A DNA stretch of 24,276 bases, from the NCBI GenBank assembly GCA_016198945.1, contig JACQHO010000048.1, forward strand, positions 1 to 24,276. Reading direction: 5' to 3'. Shown here one piece after another: positions 9,061 through 16,808 of this stretch. The first letter of the stretch is position 1; every line of letters starts with the position of its first letter. Origin of the DNA: Nitrospirota bacterium. GTDB lineage: Bacteria > Nitrospirota > Nitrospiria > JACQBZ01. The notes beneath the pieces were generated by a model. The model ran no database searches, was not told the origin of the DNA, and saw only the letters and a program-made list of their open reading frames with translations. A program made the position numbers and the translations under genes.

Positions 9061-9972
9061 ATGCGAACAGGCGTGGTCGAAATCGTTATCGGGCTGGCGA
9101 TCCTCGCAACCGGCTGCGTTTCATCCTCCATCCACCAAACCGCGCTGATGGACCTTTCGGAAACGCGAGACCGCCTCGACCGGGCCAAAGAGGAGAACGC
9201 CGCCCTGAGAGCGGATCTCGCGGCCCGGGACGCCGTTCTCCAGGATCTGCGCCGGCAGATCGCGGAGTTTCAGAGCACCGGGCACCTCCAGTCCGAGGAT
9301 GCGGACCGGATGGCCAAGCGAAACCTCGAACTGTCGGGTGAAAATGCGAATCTCGCAAGCCAGAACCGGGATCTCTCCCGGATCCTGGAAGCGCGCAATC
9401 AGGAATTTCAAGAGCTGCGCGATCGCCTCGCGGAAGAAGCGAAGGCCAAGGAAGCGGAGGTCGCCCGTTTGAAATCCACCTATGACAAACTGGTCGGCGA
9501 GCTTCAGGAAGAGATCAAGAGGGGGGATATCACGGTCACCCGGGTGATGGACAAGCTTTCGGTGAATCTGGTCGAAAAAATCCTGTTTGATTCCGGAAGC
9601 GCCGAGATCAAACCCGAAGGCCTCAAGATCCTGGATCGCGTCGGCGGGATCTTGAAATCAGTCACGGACAAGCAGATCCGGATCGAGGGATACACCGACA
9701 ACGTCCCCATCGGGTCCCGCCTGACGGAAACGTTCCCGACCAACTGGGAGCTGTCGGCCTCCCGTGCGGTCAACGTGGTTCGGTACCTGTCCGGCCCCGT
9801 CGGCGTCCCCTCCCGTCTGCTATCGGCCGCCGGTTTTGCGGACAATCGTCCCGTCGCATCAAATGAAACAAAGGAAGGCCGGTCTCAAAACCGGCGGATT
9901 GAGATCGTCCTTCTTCCGTCCGATATGGATCAAGTGCTTCAGGAACTCAAATCACCCTCACCTTCTCCCTGA
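9061..9972 (+). CDS. Lipoprotein with long coiled coil and C-terminal OmpA/MotB-like peptidoglycan-binding domain
   Basis: Signal peptide ends in LATG-C. Heptad-rich region covers about aa 30-150. C-terminal motifs: ILFDSGSAEI, IRIEGYTDNVP, NWELSASRA, NRRIEIVL. Confidence 0.85.
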   Translation: MRTGVVEIVIGLAILATGCVSSSIHQTALMDLSETRDRLDRAKEENAALRADLAARDAVLQDLRRQIAEFQSTGHLQSEDADRMAKRNLELSGENANLASQNRDLSRILEARNQEFQELRDRLAEEAKAKEAEVARLKSTYDKLVGELQEEIKRGDITVTRVMDKLSVNLVEKILFDSGSAEIKPEGLKILDRVGGILKSVTDKQIRIEGYTDNVPIGSRLTETFPTNWELSASRAVNVVRYLSGPVGVPSRLLSAAGFADNRPVASNETKEGRSQNRRIEIVLLPSDMDQVLQELKSPSPSP

Positions 9973-9979
9973 GGAAACC

Positions 9980-10408
9980 ATGCCGAACAAACGCCGAAAC
10001 GCGAAAACCGTCAAGACTCCGAACAAACGCCAGGAAACACTGCGGGACATTCTCCTGAAGGCAAGGCAGGAGGTGACGCGCAATCTGGAGGAGCAGATGG
10101 GGCACCAACTCAATACCGATCTCCAGCAGCGCATCGACCATGTCCTGGACAGCGGTGATCAGGCGACGCTGGACATCGCGGAAGAGCTGGACCTGTCGCT
10201 TCTCGAGATGCGGAACAAAAATCTGAAGGCGATCAATGACGCGCTTCAACGCCTCAAAGAGGGAACCTACGGAATCTGCGAAGAATGCGGCAGTGAAATC
10301 CCGGAAAAGCGGCTGAGGGTGATGCCGTTTACTCCGTTTTGCGTCGCCTGCCAGGAAAAGCAGGAAACGCTTGAGAAGATCGACAAAGAGGAAGATCGCT
10401 TCAAGTAA
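9980..10408 (+). CDS. DksA/TraR family C4 zinc-finger protein
   Basis: Start MPNKRR at 9980 with GAGGA upstream. Coiled-coil tip motif DSGDQA (DxxDxA). Zinc finger YGICEECG...PFCVACQ. Confidence 0.88.
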   Translation: MPNKRRNAKTVKTPNKRQETLRDILLKARQEVTRNLEEQMGHQLNTDLQQRIDHVLDSGDQATLDIAEELDLSLLEMRNKNLKAINDALQRLKEGTYGICEECGSEIPEKRLRVMPFTPFCVACQEKQETLEKIDKEEDRFK

Positions 10409-10420
10409 ACGAATCCCTCT

Positions 10421-10852
10421 ATGAAAAAAATCATCCTCATCGTCATATTCCTCGTTCTGGGATGGCTCGGCTTCTCTTATGTCTCGGCCGCCTGGACGAG
10501 AGAGCAGTTCACCCAGGAGGTGGACTCTCTTCTTGCATCGCCGCGCGACCTCACCGAAACCGGCCTCCCCCCGCTGATCCTCAACAAGGCGGGCCAATTC
10601 GGGATCGAACTTCTTCCGGAGGACATCCGGATCGAGATCCTTTCGGCCGATCGAGAGACCACCACTTCAAGACTGCTCGAAAGCAAAGGATTTAAAACCG
10701 ACACCCGAATCCTGACACTGCATATTCAGTATCGTCAGTCCGTCCTTGGAACTTCCCGCCTTTTCACCCTGGATCGCGAGCGGTCATTTACGGCCCAGAT
10801 CGGCCCGTCAGCGCCGCGCCCGGATGAGCGGATGGAAGTTCCGGCCGAGTAG
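10421..10852 (+). CDS. Hypothetical protein with N-terminal membrane anchor or signal peptide
   Basis: 143 aa starting MKK plus a hydrophobic stretch, 12 nt after the DksA-like stop. No family recognised with confidence. Confidence 0.7.
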   Translation: MKKIILIVIFLVLGWLGFSYVSAAWTREQFTQEVDSLLASPRDLTETGLPPLILNKAGQFGIELLPEDIRIEILSADRETTTSRLLESKGFKTDTRILTLHIQYRQSVLGTSRLFTLDRERSFTAQIGPSAPRPDERMEVPAE

Positions 10853-10885
10853 CCGGAAAGCCAAAATCATCAAAAAATCATGCCG

Positions 10886-10914
10886 TTGACAATCTTGCAG
10901 GCATTGATTACAAT
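10886..10914 (+). promoter_or_regulatory. Near-consensus sigma70 promoter for the FHA-kinase operon
   Basis: TTGACA (10886-10891), 17-nt spacer, TACAAT (10909-10914). Confidence 0.75.
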
Positions 10915-10927
10915 GAAAATTGAACGC

Positions 10928-10967
10928 TTCGACTCGCGCCTCACTGTGGATGCCGAGCGCAGTCGAA
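10928..10967. repeat. REP-like inverted repeat pair in the 5' UTR
   Basis: TTCGACT-c-GCGC-c-TC (10928-10942) pairs with GA-GCGC-AGTCGAA (10955-10967): 13 bp with two single-C bulges. Confidence 0.6.
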
Positions 10968-10989
10968 CGGATCAAAATAGCGGGATGGT

Positions 10990-12378
10990 GTGTCCAAAAT
11001 GCCCCCAGTCCAGTTGCCACAAACAAAAACCATTTTCAGTCACCGTCCCTACTCGCCCGGCGTCATCGATTCCCTCGTTGAATTGATCAAAGGTCAAACC
11101 GGCCCTTCCGGCTGGATCCTTCTGGCCGAGCACCAACAAAACCGCCTCCTCCTCTTCATCCTGCAGAACAGCCCTTATGCAGCCGCCCAACTCATCGGAG
11201 ACCGGTTTAAGACTTTAACCCTCCGCGACTACTTTCAAACACTGTCCGGCCAGAATCAGCCCCTGTTGACGCTTCTGGCGACCAACCCGGTCCTCTTTAA
11301 ATGCCTTCTGGTGACGGCTCAAAAACTCCCGACGACGACCGGGACGACCGATCTGCTCAATATCGACTCCCTCCTACAGCAAATCAAATCCTCGGGCAAG
11401 GAGGTCGTGGTCGCGCTGAACCGCGCCGAGGAGATCAACCTGTTTTACTTCGTGAAGGGAGCGCTCCAGGAAACCTTCTTTGCGAATCCCGGCCTGGTCT
11501 CCAAGGACAGCTCGGCCGAGGAGCAATTTCTCGAGTACGCCTATTCCGGAAAACCTGCGGCCCCGATCACCGTCCAGGCCTACTATGATGCCCAGGTGAA
11601 GCCCGCCGAGGATGCCGACCTGGCCTGGCAGGAATGGACCGGAGGGATCGTCGAATATTTTTTGAGGCCCCGTCCCGAGCTGGTCTTCCTCGCCGGCGGA
11701 GAATCGGTCGAAAAAAAGGTGATTGCGAAGAGCCGGTTTTTAATCGGTCGCAATCAGGAATCCGACCTCATGATCAACGACACGATCGCCTCCCGCGACC
11801 ACGCCGTCATCCGTGAAAGCCGGGGCCGGTTCATGCTGGAGGATTTAAAAAGCCGGAACGGGACGATGATCAACGGCAAGAAGATCTCCACCGCCACGCT
11901 CGCGGACGGGGATGAGATCCGGATCGGCGATTGCCGGATCATGTTCGTCGAGAAATCGCAGGAGCCGTCCCGTAAAGAAAAAACCCGACTCGAACAGATG
12001 GATACCACCGTCATGAAGCTGGACGAGGCCCTGCTTCAGGAAGCCGCGGCCGCGATGGCGTCTTCATCGGTCCCGACGGGAAAACAGGCCGTCCTGAGCC
12101 TGGAAATGGTGGAGGGAAAATCGGTCGGGACGCGTTACCCCCTCAAGGATAAAACGGTCATCGGACGTTCCAAAACCGACGTCAATACAAACGATCCCAA
12201 GACGTCCCGCCACCATGCCGCCATCGAGCGAAAAGAGGACGGATACTACTACATCGACTTGAAAAGCACCAACGGCAGTTTCATCAACGGCCAGGAAGTC
12301 CGCACCCGGCGCCTCGCCGTGGGAGATGTCATCAAAATCGGTGATTCGGCGTTCAAGGTCATCGAGGTCCCTCCGTGA
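10990..12378 (+). CDS. Double FHA-domain protein with uncharacterised N-terminal domain
   Basis: Two FHA domains keep the pThr-binding motifs: IGR..SRDHA..DLKSRNGT and IGR..SRHHA..DLKSTNGS. Start is GTG 10990 or ATG 10999. Confidence 0.9.
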   Translation: MSKMPPVQLPQTKTIFSHRPYSPGVIDSLVELIKGQTGPSGWILLAEHQQNRLLLFILQNSPYAAAQLIGDRFKTLTLRDYFQTLSGQNQPLLTLLATNPVLFKCLLVTAQKLPTTTGTTDLLNIDSLLQQIKSSGKEVVVALNRAEEINLFYFVKGALQETFFANPGLVSKDSSAEEQFLEYAYSGKPAAPITVQAYYDAQVKPAEDADLAWQEWTGGIVEYFLRPRPELVFLAGGESVEKKVIAKSRFLIGRNQESDLMINDTIASRDHAVIRESRGRFMLEDLKSRNGTMINGKKISTATLADGDEIRIGDCRIMFVEKSQEPSRKEKTRLEQMDTTVMKLDEALLQEAAAAMASSSVPTGKQAVLSLEMVEGKSVGTRYPLKDKTVIGRSKTDVNTNDPKTSRHHAAIERKEDGYYYIDLKSTNGSFINGQEVRTRRLAVGDVIKIGDSAFKVIEVPP

Positions 12379-14825
12379 CCGGACCGCTCCCACAGGCCGC
12401 ATGGCTGCTGCGAACCGTCAGCCTGCAGGTCGATCAGGAACAGATCAACTCTATTCTGGACCGCCTGAAGAACATTCTTGCCGTCGCCCAGGAAACCCTT
12501 CAAACCTTCGACAAAACCACCGTGGCCGGCCTGATCATCGCGCTGGTCGTCATGATCGTGGTCGTCCGGATGCTTCAGAAGCTTTTCAGCGGCTCCGTCG
12601 GAGCCGGTCGTTTGGAAACCGGCGCAATCCGAAAGGACGCCAAACGGGCGAAGCGGGAGGGAAATTTCATCCGGGCCGGCGAGCTCTACGAGCTATCGGA
12701 AGATTTTGATGACGCGATCAAGATGTATCGCGAGGGACAGGCGTATGGACCGCTGGGCCGCTTGTATGAACGGCAGAAGAACTGGGTCCTCGCCGCCGGC
12801 GCCTATGAAAGCGCCCGCGACCACGAACGGGCCGGGGGAATGTACCAGCGGGCCGGTCAGTACGGCAAGGCCGCCGAAGTCCTCCTGGCCGGGAACAAGG
12901 AGCTGATGGCGGCCGAACTGTTTGAGAAGGCCCGGAACTTCGGGGAGGCCGCCCGTCTCTATGAAAAATCCGGCTACCTGCAGAAAGCGGCCGGCTGTTA
13001 TGAACGGACGCAGAATTACGCCAAGGCCGCCGACCTTTTTGAAAAAAATTTCCTTCAAGAAAACGTCCGAATGAAGGCTTCCCTGTCCACCGCGGAGCAG
13101 AAACAGGCCGTGACTGCATTCGCTCAACAAAGCGGCCGGTTGTACCTCAAGGCCGCCGATCCGGCGAAAGCGGCCCGAATTTTCTCCATGGGCGGTTATC
13201 TGGGCGATGCCGCCCAGGCCTACATTGCCATGAAGGATTACCCAAAAGCGGCCGACCTCTACTACGAGGGGAAACAGTATCTCAAAGCGGCCGAACTGTA
13301 CAAACAGATCGGAAACACAAAAAAAGCCTTCACCGTCAGCGCCGAAATGTACCTCGATGAGCGGAACTATCTCGAAGCCGCCCGGATGTTCGAAAAAGCC
13401 GAGGATTTTCTCCAGGCCGGCGACCTGTACGAGAAGGCCGGGCAGATCAAAAAGGCCGGCGAGATGGCGATGAAGGGAGGCGATTTCGCCCGGGCCAATG
13501 AGATCTTTATCTCAAGCGGCGACCCGTTGATGGCCGCGCAGGCCCTGGAAAAAGCCAAACGGTTCAAGGAAGCGGCGGAGCTTTATCTCAAGGCCGGCGC
13601 GTTTGAAGTGGCCGCCCGTCTGCTCGAGGAGAGCGGTGATTATTACGAGGCCGGGATGATCTTTCATAAGCTGGGCCGGCTGGAAGACACCGTGGCCTTC
13701 CTCCAAAAGGTGGATGCCCAGTCGGAAAATTATTATGCCGCGTCCCTCGTCCTCGGACAGATTTTCATGGACCGGGGCATGCTGGACGCCGCGCGTGAAC
13801 GATACAAGAAACTGATCAGCAAGCGGGACATCGGGCCACAAACGGTCGAGCCTTATTACAACCTCGCCCTGATTTACGAAAAAAACCGCGAATACCAGAA
13901 TGCACTGCTTCTGTTCGAAAAGACCCTGGCCGAGAATTACAACTACAAGGATGTCCAAAGCCATATCGAACGGGTCAAGGAAGGCCTCCGCCAGGAAAAG
14001 GCGCTGGCCGAAAGCCGGAAGACCACCGATTCCAGCGGACCGAAAGGACGGTACAAGCTGTCCAAAAAACTGGGCCAGGGCGGAATGGGCGTCGTCTATC
14101 TCGCGGAGGACACGGTCTTAAACCGGGTCGTCGCATACAAAGTGCTTCCCCCCAGCGTGAAAGACAATCCGCAGGTCCTTGAAAATTTTCTCCAGGAGGC
14201 CCGCGTCGCGGCCGCCATCAACCACCCGAACATCGTGACGATCTACGATACCGGCTCCGAAGGGGTCGAGCCCTACATCGTCATGGAATTCGTGGACGGA
14301 ATCAGCCTGAAAGAACTGCTGGAAAAAAACCCGTCGGTTCCGATCGCCGATCTCGTGGCCATCAGCAAACAGATCTGCCAGGGGCTGGAATACGCGCACA
14401 ACAAGAACGTCATCCACCGGGACATCAAACCGGCCAACATCATGCTCAACAAAGACAACATGGTCAAGATCATGGATTTCGGTCTGGCCAAAATATTATC
14501 CGCGACCGAGGCGGAAGGCACCGGCGTGAAGGGCACGCCGCTGTATATGTCCCCGGAGCAGATCCAGGGAAAACGGGTGGACCATCGGACGGATCTCTAC
14601 TCGCTGGGCTGCACCCTCTACCGCCTGGCGACCGGCCGGCCGCCGTTTATCGAAGGCGATGTCTACTATCACCACTTGAACACCCCTCCGGCGCCCCCGC
14701 GATCCCTGAATCCCAAGATCCCCGAAACCCTCGACCGGATCATTCTGAAATGTCTTGCCAAAGATCCCGATCAGCGATATCAGCGTGCCAGGGACATTCT
14801 CGCGGATCTCGAAGCGAAGGGGTAA
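12375..14825 (+). CDS. Membrane-anchored Hanks-type Ser/Thr protein kinase with helical repeats; kinase domain at the C-terminus
   Basis: TM segment at aa 50-65, about 24 repeats of 13 aa, then TPR-like units. Kinase motifs from nt 14049: LGQGGMGVVY, VAYK, HRDIKPAN, DFGLAK, GTPLYMSPEQ, DLYSLG. GTGA overlap with the FHA gene stop. Confidence 0.93.
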   Translation: MTGPLPQAAWLLRTVSLQVDQEQINSILDRLKNILAVAQETLQTFDKTTVAGLIIALVVMIVVVRMLQKLFSGSVGAGRLETGAIRKDAKRAKREGNFIRAGELYELSEDFDDAIKMYREGQAYGPLGRLYERQKNWVLAAGAYESARDHERAGGMYQRAGQYGKAAEVLLAGNKELMAAELFEKARNFGEAARLYEKSGYLQKAAGCYERTQNYAKAADLFEKNFLQENVRMKASLSTAEQKQAVTAFAQQSGRLYLKAADPAKAARIFSMGGYLGDAAQAYIAMKDYPKAADLYYEGKQYLKAAELYKQIGNTKKAFTVSAEMYLDERNYLEAARMFEKAEDFLQAGDLYEKAGQIKKAGEMAMKGGDFARANEIFISSGDPLMAAQALEKAKRFKEAAELYLKAGAFEVAARLLEESGDYYEAGMIFHKLGRLEDTVAFLQKVDAQSENYYAASLVLGQIFMDRGMLDAARERYKKLISKRDIGPQTVEPYYNLALIYEKNREYQNALLLFEKTLAENYNYKDVQSHIERVKEGLRQEKALAESRKTTDSSGPKGRYKLSKKLGQGGMGVVYLAEDTVLNRVVAYKVLPPSVKDNPQVLENFLQEARVAAAINHPNIVTIYDTGSEGVEPYIVMEFVDGISLKELLEKNPSVPIADLVAISKQICQGLEYAHNKNVIHRDIKPANIMLNKDNMVKIMDFGLAKILSATEAEGTGVKGTPLYMSPEQIQGKRVDHRTDLYSLGCTLYRLATGRPPFIEGDVYYHHLNTPPAPPRSLNPKIPETLDRIILKCLAKDPDQRYQRARDILADLEAKG

Positions 14826-14845
14826 TCCTGCTCTCATGACCGGAT

Positions 14846-15352
14846 TCATCCATAAAGTGTCACGGCCGCTTTTTTGTCGGCGGCCGCCCCTTTTTTCTTT
14901 TTAGGGGTCACCGACTTGGCTTCTCCCCGCACCGTCAGGACCGGACAGGAAGACATCCGGACCACTTTTTCGGCCACGCTTCCCAGCAGGAGATGCTCCA
15001 CCCCGGTCCGTCCGTGGGTTCCCATCACGATCAGGCCGGCCTTCGCGCGGACGGCTTTCTGCAAAATCTCGCGGTGGGCCGGCCCCGTCAGAAGATCCGT
15101 TTCCACCGACACCCCCTGCCGAGCCAGTTTCTTCGCGGCCTGATCGAGCAGCGGTTTCGCGATCGCTTTAAGGGTGGTGTAATGGTCCACCAGGTTGAAG
15201 GTCTCGGTCATGGAATAGGTGTACGGCTCGATGACATGGACCAGGAGGATGCGGGCCTTGAAGATTCGGGCCAGGGTCGCCGCGTACTGCATCGCCTCGT
15301 CCGAGCCGTCTGAAAAGTCCGTGGGCGTGAGAATCGTTTTGAGCGGTTTCAT
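14846..15352 (-). CDS. Universal stress protein (UspA family)
   Basis: ILTPTDFS, LIVMGTHGRTGVEHLLLGSVAEKVVRMSSCPVLTV. Strong SD AAAGGAGG upstream. Lys/Ala-rich tail. Confidence 0.93.
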   Translation of the reverse strand: MKPLKTILTPTDFSDGSDEAMQYAATLARIFKARILLVHVIEPYTYSMTETFNLVDHYTTLKAIAKPLLDQAAKKLARQGVSVETDLLTGPAHREILQKAVRAKAGLIVMGTHGRTGVEHLLLGSVAEKVVRMSSCPVLTVRGEAKSVTPKKKKGAAADKKAAVTLYG

Positions 15353-15382
15353 CGAAGCCTCCTTTCTCCGTCGTTCCCTGAA

Positions 15383-16798
15383 TTATTCGATCTGGTGAAG
15401 CTTGATCATGTTCGTCGGCCCTTTTTGCCGGATCGGAAAACCGAAGACGATGACGAAACGATCTTTTTGCCGGGCCAGGCCTTCGTCCATCAGGATGCGC
15501 TCCACTTCGGTGATCAAGCGGTCCGCCTCGTCGATCGGCGGCATAAACCTCGGCTCGACCCCCCAATAAAGCGCCATCCGGTTCCGGACCGCTTCGGAGG
15601 AGGCAAACGCGACGATCGGCACCGCGGGGCGGAACTTGGAGATCAGCCGGGCCGTGGAACCGGACTGGGTGAAGGCCACGATCGCCTTTGCCCCGATCTC
15701 CATCGCCGCATGGGCCGCGGCCTCGCACGAGGCCTCCGGCAGGGAACCGGCGCCGTGCCGTTCCTCCTTTCGGATCCGGCGCCACTGGATCGAACGCGAC
15801 TCGGCCGACTCCACAATACGGTGCATCATCGAAACCGCCTCGACCGGAAAAAGGCCGATCGAGGTCTCGGCCGACAGCATGACGGCGTCCGTTCCGTCGA
15901 AAACGGCGTTCGCCACATCCGATGCCTCGGCCCGGGTGGGGCGCGGGTTATGGGTCATGGATTCCAGCATCTGCGTGGCCGTAATGACGATGACATTGTT
16001 CCGATTGGCCTTCTCAATAATCTCCTTCTGAACCAGCGGAACCTCTTCGGGCTCCATTTCAATCCCCAGATCCCCGCGGGCGATCATCACCCCGTCCGCG
16101 ACCTCCAAAATCGAGTCGAGCCGCCGCACCGCCTTGGGTGTCTCAAGTTTGGCGATGACGGACACCGGTTGCCGATCGCCTTTCATGAGTTGTTTCGCGG
16201 CCTGGACATCCTCCGGACCTTGGACAAACGAGACGGCGATGTAATCCACGCCCTGATCCAATCCGAACGCGATATCGTCCCGATCCTTCTCCGTCAGGGA
16301 TTCACGATGGAAGTCCACCCCCGGAAGGTTCACGCCTTTATGATCGGACAGGGTCCCGCCATCCACCACGTCACAGATCAGGTCCGTATCGGTCGCCTCC
16401 GTCACCCGAAGCTGGATCAACCCATCCGCGATGAAGATGCGGTTGGAGGGCCTCGCCTCCTTGATCAGGGCGGGGTCGTTGACCGAAACCTGCCGTTGAT
16501 CGCCCGGCACGGGCCGGGACGTCAGGGTAAACCGATCCCCCCGGCGGACCGAAACCGTCCCGTCCCGGAATATCCCGAGCCGGATGCGCGGCCCCTGTAA
16601 ATCCTGAAGGATCGCGATCGGTTTTCCAATCTGTTTGGACGCATCGCGGATGAAGCCGATCGTCTCGGCGTGCTCGCCGTGCGTCCCGTGGGAAAAATTC
16701 AGACGGAACATATCCGCTCCGGCGAGGATGAGTTCGGCGATCTTCCCGGCCGATCGTGTGGCGGAACCGATGGTGCAGACGATTTTGGCGCGACGCAT
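15383..16798 (-). CDS. pyk: Pyruvate kinase
   Basis: Motifs KIVCTIG, RLNFSHG, DLQGPRIR, AKLE, DGVMIARGDLG, ATQMLESM, PTRAEASDVANAVFDGTDAVMLS. Start set at MRRAK (16798), which has AGAGGA upstream. Confidence 0.96.
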   Translation of the reverse strand: MRRAKIVCTIGSATRSAGKIAELILAGADMFRLNFSHGTHGEHAETIGFIRDASKQIGKPIAILQDLQGPRIRLGIFRDGTVSVRRGDRFTLTSRPVPGDQRQVSVNDPALIKEARPSNRIFIADGLIQLRVTEATDTDLICDVVDGGTLSDHKGVNLPGVDFHRESLTEKDRDDIAFGLDQGVDYIAVSFVQGPEDVQAAKQLMKGDRQPVSVIAKLETPKAVRRLDSILEVADGVMIARGDLGIEMEPEEVPLVQKEIIEKANRNNVIVITATQMLESMTHNPRPTRAEASDVANAVFDGTDAVMLSAETSIGLFPVEAVSMMHRIVESAESRSIQWRRIRKEERHGAGSLPEASCEAAAHAAMEIGAKAIVAFTQSGSTARLISKFRPAVPIVAFASSEAVRNRMALYWGVEPRFMPPIDEADRLITEVERILMDEGLARQKDRFVIVFGFPIRQKGPTNMIKLHQIE

Positions 16799-16808
16799 GA
16801 AAATTCCT

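Noticed and set aside
9955-9970. CCCTCACCTTCTCCC resembling one arm of a CCCTC...CTCCC/GGGAGAGGG-type repeat
   Set aside because: No complementary arm nearby. It simply encodes the SPSPSP tail.
10863-10881. AAAATCAT direct repeat with 11-bp period just upstream of the -35 box
   Set aside because: Could be an activator site or UP element, but it is low-complexity AT-rich sequence with no recognisable regulator consensus.
10880-11086. 68-aa ORF containing CPKC..C
   Set aside because: It starts upstream of the predicted promoter, runs through the palindrome, and overlaps the FHA gene out of frame. No SD.
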